A program made the position numbers and the translations under genes. From the NCBI GenBank assembly GCA_964349395.1, contig CAYGGA010000005.1, positions 1 through 57,797 on the forward strand: a DNA stretch of 57,797 nt, read 5' to 3'. The notes beneath the pieces were generated by a model that was given only the letters and a program-made list of their open reading frames with translations, searched no databases and had not been told where the DNA came from. Of this stretch, positions 1 to 10,603 are shown piece by piece. Origin of the DNA: an uncultured Gammaproteobacteria bacterium (GTDB lineage Bacteria; Patescibacteriota; Microgenomatia; Woykebacterales; RBG-16-39-9b). The first letter of the stretch is position 1, and each line of letters begins with the position of its first letter.

Positions 1-2
1 TC

Positions 3-1481
3 TATACCCTCATTGCCCTAGGAATTTATTTTTTAGTGGATTTCTTGTTTGACTTTAAGATTAAACTTCTCAAACAAAGACTTTTAACCTTTCGCTACCT
101 AATAATCGCCATTGGTTCTTCACTTGTCTTCGGAGCTGTCTTCTTATTTCCCTTTTTAACTTTTTCTTCGCAATCTTTGAGGACAAGACTTACTTTTTGG
201 GAAGGGGCCTTTCCCTCTCTTTTTCCAGACAATTTAAATCAACTATTTTTCCCTTTGGCCCACCGTTTCCATGATTCCGAAACTCTGATCTATGTAGGTA
301 TCCCGACCTTACTTCTGGGTCTCTTTGCCGTAGGTTTTAAATTTAAAGCTAAATTGGTGATTTTTCTTCTTGTCCTTTCTCTTTTCACTGTCACTGTCGC
401 TTTAGGACCCAACGCGATTTTTTACAAAATCTACTACCAAGTCCTTCCCGTTTTTCACTTCATGAGAGCACCACTGCGAATTTGGATACTATTTATAATA
501 GCTTTTGGGTTATTAGCTGGGGTAGGGCAAGACCAACTCCTTAAAAATTACCCTCAGAGAAAAAAACTTCTTCTTCCCCTCATTCTTGGTTCTATTTTTA
601 TTTCGCTATTTGTCTACAACCTTGATTATTTTAGGCTAATCGATTACGTGCAGTCGGAAGAAAAAATATCCTCTTTTGTAAAAGATCGATCAGCTCGTAT
701 TTATTGCCTAGACAACTGCTTGGTCACACCCGATGGGTTAGTAAAAAACCTCCAATTTTCCAGTGGTGGGGAAGTAGTGCTGCTGAATAATTATTACGAT
801 TTTATGAAAATTGCTGGCAATTATAATTTTAGTAATTACTCTCTCTCTATTCCTCCTTATCAAATTTTTGACCGCAAGGGAGTCTACTTTGAGAAACAGG
901 ACCCAAACTCTAAACTACTTGGCTTATCAAATACAAAATATGTAGTCTCTCCTTACTCTTTGACAACTTCAGGTTTAAAACTCCTGGGGGAAGTGGACAA
1001 TTACTTTATCTATGAGAACCAAAAAAACATGCCTCGTTTATTTTCCGTCCCTAATGCATCTAGTTTTAAAAACTATGTAGACCTAAAAGTAGTGGATTTT
1101 AAAAAGGAAGTAGTTCTTGCAGGGATTAAAGAAAAAGTAATCAACAATGGAGGTTTCCAGGAACAGGAATTTGATTTTTACTCTCCAAATAAAATTTCTT
1201 CTACTGTGAATTTGGTGGGAAATGGTTTTTTAGTCTTAGGGGATACTTATTATCCAGGTTGGGAAGTTTATGTTGATGGAAAAAAAGAAAGAATCTATGA
1301 GGCCAATGGAGCTTTTAGGGCTGTTAAACTAACGAGTGGAAAACATTCTGTTGTTTTTAATTACTTCCCAACTAGTTTGAAGATTGGGATTTTGGTTTCT
1401 GCCTTTTCTATAGTGTGGCTAGGTTTGTACTCGTTTGTTCTTCTAAAACAGCGTTTTTACTCTCTTAAGAGGCACCGTTAG
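3..1481 (+). CDS. YfhO-family multi-TM membrane protein (GT-C-like glycosyltransferase), 5' end outside window
   Basis: Frame is open from position 3. Many TM segments, 'IYVG', 'MRAPLR' and the C-terminal YfhO signature 'DTYYPGWEVYVDG...ANGAFRAV...GKHSVVFNY.P'. Confidence 0.8.
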   Translation, partial: YTLIALGIYFLVDFLFDFKIKLLKQRLLTFRYLIIAIGSSLVFGAVFLFPFLTFSSQSLRTRLTFWEGAFPSLFPDNLNQLFFPLAHRFHDSETLIYVGIPTLLLGLFAVGFKFKAKLVIFLLVLSLFTVTVALGPNAIFYKIYYQVLPVFHFMRAPLRIWILFIIAFGLLAGVGQDQLLKNYPQRKKLLLPLILGSIFISLFVYNLDYFRLIDYVQSEEKISSFVKDRSARIYCLDNCLVTPDGLVKNLQFSSGGEVVLLNNYYDFMKIAGNYNFSNYSLSIPPYQIFDRKGVYFEKQDPNSKLLGLSNTKYVVSPYSLTTSGLKLLGEVDNYFIYENQKNMPRLFSVPNASSFKNYVDLKVVDFKKEVVLAGIKEKVINNGGFQEQEFDFYSPNKISSTVNLVGNGFLVLGDTYYPGWEVYVDGKKERIYEANGAFRAVKLTSGKHSVVFNYFPTSLKIGILVSAFSIVWLGLYSFVLLKQRFYSLKRHR

Positions 1482-1486
1482 TTTCT

Positions 1487-2776
1487 TTAACGACCAACTC
1501 CAAGGTAGTAAAAACCAAGTGAACGGATTTTTTCTTTATCATAGATATTGCGGCCATCAATAATCACTGGAGTTTTCATCAAGCTTTTAACTCTCTCTAG
1601 ATCCAACTCTTTAAATTCGTTCCAGTCAGTCACTAAAGCAATGGCGTCGGCTCCTTTGATCGCTTCGTAAAGATCTTGAGCATAATCAATGTGGGGTAAT
1701 ACACTTCTTGCCACTGTCATAGCCTCTGGATCATAAGCCACAACCAGGGCTCCCTCATCGACTAATTTATTGATGATTTTTATCGATGGTGCTTCACGCA
1801 TATCATCAGTATTTGGCTTGTAAGAAAGTCCCAAAACCGCTACTCTTTTACCCCTTAGGCTTTCGAGAGCATTTTTGATTTTCCGGACAAAGCGGATCGG
1901 CATGTCCATGTTAACGCTATTGACTGCTTGTAGAAGCTCAAAGGTGTATCCAACTTGTTTAGACTGATGCAGAAGTGATATTACATCCTTGGGTAGACAA
2001 CTGCCTCCATAGCCAACGCCAGGGTAAAGCATGCTACGTACTAATCGTCTGTCGTACCCTACCCCATTTAACACCGCTTCAACATCGGCGTCTACTTCTT
2101 CACAAAGGTTGGCGATCGAATTGGCAAAGGACACTTTGGTTGCCAAAAGAGCGTTAGCAGCGTATTTAATCAACTCAGCGCTACGAGTATCAGTTACAAT
2201 GGCCACCCCATCAATTGGTGTATGCAGCTCTAGCAGTATATCAATTGCTTTTTGTGACTCGCTACCAATCACCAGCCTGTCAGGGTGAAGACTATCCTCA
2301 ATTGCGCTTCCTTCTCGTAAAAATTCGGGATTAGAAGCCCAATCAAAAGTGGCGCCCGATTTTTTCTCTTTTAGTATTTGTTTGTAAATCTCGTCACCTG
2401 CTCCAACGGGAAGAGTGGATTTTCCTACTATTACAGTGTACCCTTTTAAATTTTTGGTAATATCTGCTACACAACTATAAACATATTTCAAATCTGACTC
2501 GCCATTATTTTTGGGAGGAGTGCCTACACAAATAAAAACTACCTGGCTATCAGGGATGGTAGTGGTGTAATCATCACTAAAAACAAGGGTATTATTTTTC
2601 AAACCTCTCTTGACCATTTCCTCAAGCCCTGGTTCAAAGAAAGTTGGTATACCTTTTTTAAGTTTTTCTAATTTGCGGGGGTCATTCTCAAGACAGAAAA
2701 CTTTATTACCAAAGCTGGAAAAAAGAGTGGCAGTTACTAAACCTACATACCCAGCACCAATAACAGAAATCGTCAT
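1487..2776 (-). CDS. ugd: UDP-glucose/GDP-mannose 6-dehydrogenase
   Basis: GAGYVG Rossmann motif, CVGTP, NPEFLREGSA, GYGGSCLPKD (catalytic Cys), KPNTDDMRE, DGRN. Confidence 0.95.
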   Translation of the reverse strand: MTISVIGAGYVGLVTATLFSSFGNKVFCLENDPRKLEKLKKGIPTFFEPGLEEMVKRGLKNNTLVFSDDYTTTIPDSQVVFICVGTPPKNNGESDLKYVYSCVADITKNLKGYTVIVGKSTLPVGAGDEIYKQILKEKKSGATFDWASNPEFLREGSAIEDSLHPDRLVIGSESQKAIDILLELHTPIDGVAIVTDTRSAELIKYAANALLATKVSFANSIANLCEEVDADVEAVLNGVGYDRRLVRSMLYPGVGYGGSCLPKDVISLLHQSKQVGYTFELLQAVNSVNMDMPIRFVRKIKNALESLRGKRVAVLGLSYKPNTDDMREAPSIKIINKLVDEGALVVAYDPEAMTVARSVLPHIDYAQDLYEAIKGADAIALVTDWNEFKELDLERVKSLMKTPVIIDGRNIYDKEKIRSLGFYYLGVGR

Positions 2777-2965
2777 AAACTTCTCTGGTTAAAAAAACCG
2801 GATTCTATTTTTAGTTTAATGAGCTTGCTGAAACATGTAATCATCAAATTAATCTCCATCAACTTTGTATTCATCTAGTTTTTATCCACAACTTCAGCCA
2901 TTGAATCTCAGCAAGACGAATATAATTCTAGGAGGATTATTGCACAATATTCAGCTTCAATGCAA

Positions 2966-3688
2966 CTAAGATATGGGCTTACGGACTTTTAATTCCATTC
3001 CCGCGGAGTGAGCACGATCCACTGTTAAGATCACCTTTGCCCAACTATTGGGAAGAGGGAACCACCCTTCGCGCTTGATTTTTTCGACCGCAAAACCATG
3101 GATTATGCAGAGTTCTTTCAAAGCCCGGATAGTAAAGATGCGCAGATGTTGGGGCATACCTTCATCAAATGATTCTCCTCGATGCAGTGCTAATGGGTTA
3201 CCCACCCCAATACTTTTAGCACTCAGATTGGTTAAAGGAAAGATCTGCCAACCAAAAGTGAGGGCTAAAATATTGTGCCAGCCGGCGGAGTTGTCCGTCG
3301 CAATTACCGCGTAACCTCCTGGTTTTAGAACACGATAGATTTCAGTTATAAACTTATCAGTGTCCCAAAGATGCTCAATCACTTGGGAGGCAACTAAAAC
3401 GTCAACACTGCTGCTCTTTATACTCCAACCTAGATTTAAATCTTCCTTGTAGATTTTTGTAACCCCGTTTTCCTTGGCTTTTTTGATCGCTGAGCCTAAA
3501 ATTTCAATTCCCCAGACTTCTTTGGCCTTGAGATGCTTGGCCCACATCATAGTTAGATCTCCGGTATAACACCCAACGTCCAGAAAAACTTGGGGTTTGG
3601 AATTTTTATCCAGCAAGCTAGTAATATTTGCTTGGGATTGACGACCATTTTCTTGGGCTAAATTTCCGAAGTATGATTTGAAAAACAT
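2966..3688 (-). CDS. Class I SAM-dependent methyltransferase
   Basis: LDVGCYTG motif I, 'VIEHL', 'RVLKPGG'. Confidence 0.85.
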   Translation of the reverse strand: MFFKSYFGNLAQENGRQSQANITSLLDKNSKPQVFLDVGCYTGDLTMMWAKHLKAKEVWGIEILGSAIKKAKENGVTKIYKEDLNLGWSIKSSSVDVLVASQVIEHLWDTDKFITEIYRVLKPGGYAVIATDNSAGWHNILALTFGWQIFPLTNLSAKSIGVGNPLALHRGESFDEGMPQHLRIFTIRALKELCIIHGFAVEKIKREGWFPLPNSWAKVILTVDRAHSAGMELKVRKPIS

Positions 3689-3704
3689 AGAATTTAATAT
3701 TAGT

Positions 3705-4418
3705 TCACCGGTACTTTCCTTGCAAATCTGACCATCTGATTACCATCAAGTCGGCAAAAGATTGAATGCTGTCTTTAATGAGAATCACTCGAGTGCGAGG
3801 GTCATCTACCCAACTCACTGGTATTTGTTGGATTTTGTAGCCAAATTTCTTGGTTAGAAACAAGATTTCCGCATCATAACTCCACCGATCAACTCGGGCT
3901 TTTTCAAAAACTTTTAAAGCTATCTCTTTAGGAAAAAGTTTAAACCCACAAGTAAAATCAGTCACCTCCCACGCTACTAGCCCTCGAGCCAGCAAGGTGA
4001 AAACTTGACCCATCTTTTCTCTTAGGTAAGGCTGATGGACTATTACTTCGGACCCTTCCCCTTTTCGGTTCCCAATTAACACTGTTGTTTTGTTTAGCTT
4101 AGGTAAAAAATTCGCAAACTCCTCAAGGGGGGTCGACATATCCACATCAAAAAAGAGTCGGTAGTCCCCCATAGCTCTCAGCATCCCTTGCCGGATAGCA
4201 TACCCCTTACCCCGATTCGGGGTGTAGCTAACAACTTGGTATTTGAACTTCGGAGCACTCTCCCTAATTTTACGGACAGTTTTATCCTTACTGCCATCAT
4301 CAATAAAGAGAACTTCATAATCGTGTTTGAAGGTCTTTAAGTAGTTCTCCAAAGCTTTAATCGCCTTTGCTATTCTCTTTTCCTCATTGTAAACTGGGAT
4401 TAAAAAAGAAACTAACAT
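3705..4418 (-). CDS. GT2 dolichyl/polyprenyl-phosphate glucosyltransferase-like protein
   Basis: IPVYNEE, DDGSKD, NRGKGYA, DVD, DFTCGFKLF, 'WSYDAEIL' (ALG5/DPM-like). Confidence 0.9.
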   Translation of the reverse strand: MLVSFLIPVYNEEKRIAKAIKALENYLKTFKHDYEVLFIDDGSKDKTVRKIRESAPKFKYQVVSYTPNRGKGYAIRQGMLRAMGDYRLFFDVDMSTPLEEFANFLPKLNKTTVLIGNRKGEGSEVIVHQPYLREKMGQVFTLLARGLVAWEVTDFTCGFKLFPKEIALKVFEKARVDRWSYDAEILFLTKKFGYKIQQIPVSWVDDPRTRVILIKDSIQSFADLMVIRWSDLQGKYR

Positions 4419-4421
4419 AAG

Positions 4422-6050
4422 TTAATACCAATAAGGTTTGGTGTTGGGATCCAGATTAACTTTTTCCCAGTTAATTTTGTAAATATAGATTCTATTGCCA
4501 TCTAGATAAAGCGGAATAAATTCTTGAGTACCTCTCCCCAAGTATAGATCTTTTAGAGACTGCCTTTTGACCTCAGTGAGAAATTCCAGCTCCAAGTAAT
4601 CACTATTATACTTCTTTGCCATCCACAGAATTTGGTTTTTATCTTCATTTGGAATCACAATTGCCTGTCTTTCTGAGTGGAAGTTTAATTCCCAAGGTGT
4701 CAAAGTCATAATCACACTATTTTCACTGGTATTGTTTTTTATCCAGGTGTAGGCAATCAATGCAGGGTCGTCAACCTTAGGTTTTACTCCTTCCAAGACC
4801 GCTTTTAGAGACGGGAGGAAAGTAATAAAAATTAGGATTACTACCAAAGTGGCATTTTTCCAGTTTACCTTCGGGAAAAGCTCAAAGAAACATATTACGG
4901 CGAGTAGATTAAAAATCGGAATCAACATGGCATAATAACGAGATTCATAATGCCAGTAAGTAGCCATAAGAGTCGACATGATAACAAATAGCAATACTAG
5001 GGGGTAAAAGAAAAACTTTCTCTGATCTTTTAAATTTCTCAAACCAAGCAAGCTTAGAACTATAACTGTATAAGGCATGAGTAGATCCTTATAAACAAAG
5101 GTGTCCACCGAGTAACGGAAGTATTGCCAATTTATTCTCAAAAAATTTACCCACCCATAATCAAACCAAGTTTTAAGAGTAGGTGGGTGGCCATACTGAA
5201 TAGAAAAGATGGTTTCATAAGGAAAATATTTAATTTGGTAACCGAGGTAATGCTCAATCGGCAAAAATAAAGTTCCAAATAAAATCATATTTCTGATAAA
5301 AAATGGCCCCACAGGTATTAAAATTGCAATAAGAAAAACTAAAGTTGGTTTGAAAAGTTTGTTTAGATCTCGACGATAAAAGTAAAGGACAAAGGGTACA
5401 TAAACTGATGGCAGCAGTATTCCCATCGGCTTCTGCAAGACAGCCAAACCAGCTATTAATCCAAAGAAAAAGACTTTCCCTAGAGACAGGTGTTTTCTAG
5501 TACTCTCAAGAAGCAGTTGGTAACCTAAGTAAAAAATAATCAGGGACATAACTGCTAGAGCCACATCAGAGGTGATCCAATCAGTGGAGTACTTAAGAAG
5601 ATTGATATTGAAACTTGTGAGAATGGCTGCCCAAAAGCCAATCTTAGAATTAAACAATTTCGTGCCAATAAAGTAAATTATTAGAATTAGAAGTGTGAAA
5701 AAGATCGCGTTCGGGATCCTCGCTGCAAAGGGAGTAACACCAAATAAAAAGAACGAGAAAGCGATCCACACCGGTTGCAGAAGGGGCCACATATCTTCTG
5801 CATGAGAGACTTGGGGATACTGAATGTAGTGCCACGCGAGATAATCAACGGTAAAACCTTTACCTTGCACCAAATTTCTGGCAACATTACTATAATTAGC
5901 ATAGTCCCCTCGACCAATAAACGTGTAAGTAGAAGAAATGAACAAAAGTAAAATCAGAAAAAGAATGAGAAAAATTACGAAATACTTTGGTTGATAGTAG
6001 CTATCCAAAAATGTTTTAATCTTTAATGAAAAACTCTGAAACCACAACAT
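4422..6050 (-). CDS. ArnT/PMT-like (GT39/GT83, GT-C fold) membrane glycosyltransferase
   Basis: 'D.ANY.NVARNLVQGKGF', 'WPLLQP...FFLFGV..FAAR', about 12 TM segments, 'SRY' and a soluble C-terminal domain. Confidence 0.8.
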   Translation of the reverse strand: MLWFQSFSLKIKTFLDSYYQPKYFVIFLILFLILLLFISSTYTFIGRGDYANYSNVARNLVQGKGFTVDYLAWHYIQYPQVSHAEDMWPLLQPVWIAFSFFLFGVTPFAARIPNAIFFTLLILIIYFIGTKLFNSKIGFWAAILTSFNINLLKYSTDWITSDVALAVMSLIIFYLGYQLLLESTRKHLSLGKVFFFGLIAGLAVLQKPMGILLPSVYVPFVLYFYRRDLNKLFKPTLVFLIAILIPVGPFFIRNMILFGTLFLPIEHYLGYQIKYFPYETIFSIQYGHPPTLKTWFDYGWVNFLRINWQYFRYSVDTFVYKDLLMPYTVIVLSLLGLRNLKDQRKFFFYPLVLLFVIMSTLMATYWHYESRYYAMLIPIFNLLAVICFFELFPKVNWKNATLVVILIFITFLPSLKAVLEGVKPKVDDPALIAYTWIKNNTSENSVIMTLTPWELNFHSERQAIVIPNEDKNQILWMAKKYNSDYLELEFLTEVKRQSLKDLYLGRGTQEFIPLYLDGNRIYIYKINWEKVNLDPNTKPYWY

Positions 6051-6814
6051 ATAAGCATAGCTTCTCTTCGAGAAAGCATAGTTTGCGACCTGACAGTCTA
6101 AAGCAAAGCTTTACTACGTATAAAAAACAACAAGACCAATACTTCCGTATTGCCCAACCTCACCTAAAAGCAGCTAACAGCCATTATACTCTAAAATTAA
6201 CAAAAAGATTAGCAAGTTCTATCAATCTAAATTCCCATGACCATATTTTAGAAGTGGGATGTGGGTCAGGCAGATTTACCTTCCCTCTGCTGCACCAGAA
6301 TTCCAACTTAAAAATTACAGGTCTAGATTTTTCAGAGAAATTATTAAAAGAACTAAACACTCTGAAATTAAGAAATGTCAAAACTTTGCTTGGTGATGTG
6401 GACGAAATAAATAAATTGACTAAAGAGAAGTTTAATAAGATTATTGGATTTTATATTCTTCACCACTTGCCAGATTTGGAAAATAGTTTAAAAAGCCTGA
6501 GAAAAGTAACTAAAGGGGGCACACAAGTAGCTTTTGTGGAGCCCAACCCCCTAAACCTCCTTTACTATCCCCAACCATTTATCAGTAAAAATATGAGTTG
6601 GCATGAGGAAAAAGGGTTTATGAAACTTAAGAAAAAGTTTTTAGAAGAACAGTTTAAAAAGGCTGGTTACAAGGACTTAAAAATCCACAAATTTGGCTTC
6701 TTCCCTCCATTCATTATGAACAGAAAATGGGGGATTATCCTCGACAATACGCTAGAGAAATCACCTATCAAAACCTTCCTCCCCTTCCAACTTATCACTG
6801 CAACAATTCCCTAG
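6026..6814 (+). CDS. Class I SAM-dependent methyltransferase (start uncertain; overlaps the head of the divergent gene)
   Basis: ILEVGCGSG, GLDFS, ILHHL, FVEPN. Confidence 0.85.
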   Translation: MKNSETTTYKHSFSSRKHSLRPDSLKQSFTTYKKQQDQYFRIAQPHLKAANSHYTLKLTKRLASSINLNSHDHILEVGCGSGRFTFPLLHQNSNLKITGLDFSEKLLKELNTLKLRNVKTLLGDVDEINKLTKEKFNKIIGFYILHHLPDLENSLKSLRKVTKGGTQVAFVEPNPLNLLYYPQPFISKNMSWHEEKGFMKLKKKFLEEQFKKAGYKDLKIHKFGFFPPFIMNRKWGIILDNTLEKSPIKTFLPFQLITATIP

Positions 6815-8578
6815 TTATTTAACAGTAACCGACTTAGCAAGATTGCGAGGCATATCGGGATTTTCTACTCCTCGAGCAAGTGACAAGTAGTACCCTAAAA
6901 GATGAGAAACTGTTACTTGAGAAAGCAGTGTTGCCTCTTTAATGTCTTCTGTCTCTAGGAAGTAATCAAAGGCCTGATTATTTTTTGGTCCAATTCCAAT
7001 GATGTACCCACCTCTGGCTCTTACTTCCTGAGCATTGGAGATAATCTCATCATAAGTCTCATCATTGGGTGCAAAGACAATACATGGGGTCCCCTTTTCA
7101 ATCAAAGCGATAACGCCATGCTTTAGTTCTCCTCCTGGAAAAGCCTCAGCATGAGCATAGGACGCTTCTTTTAGTTTTAAAGTCGCTTCCAAGGCCGCAG
7201 TGTAAGCCAACCCGCGTCCGATGATGTAAAGATGGTCTTTTGTGTTTATTTTTTCGGCGAGTTTTTTGATCTTTTCAATATAAGAATCCTGAAGTATTCT
7301 TTTTACATCTTTAGCTGCTTCCGTGAGAAGTTTTTGACCTTCTTCCTGCTTTCCAGCCAGTGTATAAGAGGTAAGAATAAGAGTAGCCACCATGGCAGTA
7401 AAACTTTTTGTGGCCACGACTGCCTTTTCCGTCCCGGATTCTAGAAGAACATTAAAATCAGAAATTCTATATAAGGTAGATCCAAGTACATTCACAAGGG
7501 AAGCGATAGTCGCCCCTTTTTTCTTCACGCGGGTAACAGGCTCAATCACATCGATAGATTCTCCACTTTGTGAAATAGGAATAACTAAAGTTTTTGGTGT
7601 GACAAAATCCTCAATGTATTTAAACTCCGACCCGATGGCCATATTTACCTGCTTTTTTGCTACTTTAGAAAAAAGATAAGTTCCCGCAATCGCTGCATAA
7701 GAAGCCGACCCACAAGCAATCATAAAAGTTCCTGACGCTTTGTTTATATAATTAGCTAGGGTTTTGGTGCTGACAGCAGCATTTACGCTGATGCGTTTGA
7801 TAACTTGAGGCTCTTCATGAATCTCTTTTATAAAAAAGTGCTTGTAAGTCCCCTTCTCAACTTCTTCAAATTTCCAAGTAAGCGTGGTAAATTTTGGTTC
7901 CACCTTACTTCCTCCTGGTAAGCTCAGAAGCTGCAAGGTGCTACCCAGAATAACCATCTGATTATCTTCTAAAAATAGTACTTTTTTGGTGTGTTTTAAG
8001 ATCCCGGCAGCATCAGAGGCAACAAGATATTCATTCTTTCCCATGCCAATAACTAGTGGGGAGCCATTTTTGGCGGCAATGATCTCAGACGAGCTAGCAT
8101 TCAGTACAACAATTGCGTTCATTCCCTGAAGTTTGTTAAAACTATCTCTAACCGAGGAAGCGAATCCCTTTCCTTCTTTTAAATACTCCTCGATCAAATG
8201 GCTTGCAACTTCTGTGTCTGTTTCACTAACAAATTTATGACCTTTTTTAACGAGCCCTTCTTTTAACTGTGCAAAGTTTTCGATGATGCCGTTGTGTAAG
8301 ACAGCGATTTGCATGGTACAATCAAGATGGGGATGAGCATTTTCTACAGTTACTCCACCATGGGTGGCCCACCTAGTATGTCCAATTCCAAGATTACTTG
8401 CTGGAAGAGAGGTTTTCGCCTGGCCGATTTTCCCAATATGTTTATTAACTACAATTTCTTTTCCACTTTTGACCGCAATTCCCCAGGAGTCATAGCCGCG
8501 ATATTCTAATCCTTTGAGACCCTCAAGAATAATATCTCCTGCATTTTTAGGACCAACATAACCAAAGATGCCACACAT
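6815..8578 (-). CDS. glmS: Glutamine--fructose-6-phosphate transaminase (isomerizing)
   Basis: N-terminal MCGIFG, LEYRGYDS, GHTRWATHG, SQSGE, ELKHG, PRNLAKSVTV. Confidence 0.97.
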   Translation of the reverse strand: MCGIFGYVGPKNAGDIILEGLKGLEYRGYDSWGIAVKSGKEIVVNKHIGKIGQAKTSLPASNLGIGHTRWATHGGVTVENAHPHLDCTMQIAVLHNGIIENFAQLKEGLVKKGHKFVSETDTEVASHLIEEYLKEGKGFASSVRDSFNKLQGMNAIVVLNASSSEIIAAKNGSPLVIGMGKNEYLVASDAAGILKHTKKVLFLEDNQMVILGSTLQLLSLPGGSKVEPKFTTLTWKFEEVEKGTYKHFFIKEIHEEPQVIKRISVNAAVSTKTLANYINKASGTFMIACGSASYAAIAGTYLFSKVAKKQVNMAIGSEFKYIEDFVTPKTLVIPISQSGESIDVIEPVTRVKKKGATIASLVNVLGSTLYRISDFNVLLESGTEKAVVATKSFTAMVATLILTSYTLAGKQEEGQKLLTEAAKDVKRILQDSYIEKIKKLAEKINTKDHLYIIGRGLAYTAALEATLKLKEASYAHAEAFPGGELKHGVIALIEKGTPCIVFAPNDETYDEIISNAQEVRARGGYIIGIGPKNNQAFDYFLETEDIKEATLLSQVTVSHLLGYYLSLARGVENPDMPRNLAKSVTVK

Positions 8579-9567
8579 TAGTCTAGCCCCATCATGACCG
8601 CGGCCGCTAATTTCTCACTATCATGCCGGATCAAACTTCTCTTTAAAGAATCTCCTTCCACCTTTTGGTAGGCTAGAGGGGAAAGTAATTCTATTCTTTT
8701 AATTTGGTAGTGATTCTCTTTCAAATTGTCTTTTACCGGGAAATCCTGCTCTTCGCTGTAAAGCTTCAAGATATCTTCTGGAAGTGCGGAGGTGTTAATA
8801 AAAACATAATCTAAGATATCCCCACCCAAATATTTTTGCATCTCGGAAACATGATCCTGCGCACTAAAAGCGTATGTCTGACCAAACTTGGTCATCAGAT
8901 TCACCACATAAACTTTCTTTGCTTTTGAAGAAGCAATGGCCTCACAAATACCATCAACCAATAAGTTAGCAATTAGACTAGTGTAGAGATCGCCAGGGCC
9001 AATGATGATGATATCGGCTTCTTTTATTGCCTCGACTGCTTTGGGATTGGCTTTTGCTTTTGGGGTAAGGTAAAAATCAGTAATTCTGAGTTTACCATTA
9101 TGTTTGGGCTCATCAATCTCATGCTCCCCCGTCACCATTGAGCCGTCTTCAAACTTAGCAGTCAGATGGGAATGGTCTAAAGTAACTGGCACCACCTTTC
9201 CGTGAAGTCCCAAAATAGTAGCCGCAGCCTCGATGGCTTTCTCTTCGCTACCCTCAATCTCAGTTAAAGCCGTTAAAAAAAGATTTCCAAAGGTATGCCC
9301 CTCTAATCCCTCTCCTTTGTTGAAGCGGTAATTAAAAAGTTTACGCAGAGTCAGAAAAGCATCTTGATCAGGAGATAAAGCTACTAAAGATTGCCTCACA
9401 TCCCCCGGAGGCAGGTGGCCAAATTGGTCTCGAAGTTTGCCAGATGAGCCACCAGAATCCATTGCTGAGACAATGGCAGTGATATGAGGAGTATATTTTT
9501 TAAGACCGATAAGTAAATTGTGAATTCCAGTTCCACCACCAATAACCACAACTTTTTCTGAAGTCAT
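8578..9567 (-). CDS. yvcK: YvcK/GlmR (CofD-like, UDP-GlcNAc-binding) family protein
   Basis: VVIGGGTG, DSGGSSGKLR, PPGDVRQ, GHTFGNL, GPGDLYTS, IRHD. Confidence 0.92.
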   Translation of the reverse strand: MTSEKVVVIGGGTGIHNLLIGLKKYTPHITAIVSAMDSGGSSGKLRDQFGHLPPGDVRQSLVALSPDQDAFLTLRKLFNYRFNKGEGLEGHTFGNLFLTALTEIEGSEEKAIEAAATILGLHGKVVPVTLDHSHLTAKFEDGSMVTGEHEIDEPKHNGKLRITDFYLTPKAKANPKAVEAIKEADIIIIGPGDLYTSLIANLLVDGICEAIASSKAKKVYVVNLMTKFGQTYAFSAQDHVSEMQKYLGGDILDYVFINTSALPEDILKLYSEEQDFPVKDNLKENHYQIKRIELLSPLAYQKVEGDSLKRSLIRHDSEKLAAAVMMGLD

Positions 9568-9603
9568 GGAGGCAGTATATCAAAGCCCCACCTCTGGAGC
9601 AAC

Positions 9604-10599
9604 CTAACTCTTTAGGTTCAAAGTTTTGATAATCTCTTGCATGGTTTCCCAATCTGTTTTTCTCATGCTTGCACTTTTAGCTTTAAAATCTAAGTCCAGA
9701 TAAAGGGCGGTGCCTTGGACTTGACCACTTCCCTTACTGTTAGAAGATGGAGAATTATCCTTATCTAAGGGGAGAATAACTTCTACAGTTTTACTGCTAG
9801 CAGTAATGACAAATCTTTTACCCTGGTCATCCAAACTCAAACTTTTTTGCCCCTGGAAAGTGAGGGTGTTTTCATTTGGAGACACAATAGTAACAGTATT
9901 ACCAACAGATTCTTGCCAAACCCATCCCGGGGGGATAGATAAAGTAAATCCTAAAGAAGTAGCTGTTTGCAGACTCCAACCCTCCCTCGCACCACTATTG
10001 GTAAATTTAATAGTGGGATACATCTTACTGAAGTAGTTGATCATCAGACTATCTGCCCCATTACTTTTATAACCTAAGTTGTAGAGATATCCCCCATTAA
10101 GCAGAATGATATTGTGATATTCATCCACACCTGTTTGGTCAAATTCCAAAACCTCGGTACCGTTTTCCAGGACTAGGGATTTTTTACCTTTAAGAGAAGC
10201 AGTAATCAAACCGCTATTGTCATCTGTTTTTTTAAGATTGTCTTCAATTAATTGGTAGACTTTCTCTAGGTCCCCGATATTGGTAACTTGTCTCTTAATA
10301 TAAATAGTGCTCACCGATAAAGTGGTGCTCGGATCTTTAAGCTCATGGATATAAAGATCTGCATTTGGATTTTCATTTTTAACAGTGAAGTATTTAGAGG
10401 GGTATTTTATTGAGTAGCCAAGCGGAGAAGAGTATTCTTCCCAACCTGCGTCTTGATTTTCCAAAAGAAGAGAAGCTAAATCTCCTTCCTTTTTGTCAGG
10501 ATTTTTGCCTTGGTTCTGCCACAAATAGAAAGCAAAACCACTCGTTCCAAGGATAATAAGGAGTAATAAAACAATAACAATGGCTGTCCCATTTTTCAT
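9604..10599 (-). CDS. Membrane-anchored exported hypothetical protein (two PsbP-like modules)
   Basis: N-terminal TM helix; repeated 'W..Y....GYSIKYP' and 'W.......LGFTLSIPPGW' segments. Confidence 0.55.
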   Translation of the reverse strand: MKNGTAIVIVLLLLIILGTSGFAFYLWQNQGKNPDKKEGDLASLLLENQDAGWEEYSSPLGYSIKYPSKYFTVKNENPNADLYIHELKDPSTTLSVSTIYIKRQVTNIGDLEKVYQLIEDNLKKTDDNSGLITASLKGKKSLVLENGTEVLEFDQTGVDEYHNIILLNGGYLYNLGYKSNGADSLMINYFSKMYPTIKFTNSGAREGWSLQTATSLGFTLSIPPGWVWQESVGNTVTIVSPNENTLTFQGQKSLSLDDQGKRFVITASSKTVEVILPLDKDNSPSSNSKGSGQVQGTALYLDLDFKAKSASMRKTDWETMQEIIKTLNLKS

Positions 10600-10603
10600 A
10601 TGT

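Noticed and set aside
2882..2890. oriC
   Set aside because: Only a single DnaA box, with no cluster and no dnaA/dnaN nearby.
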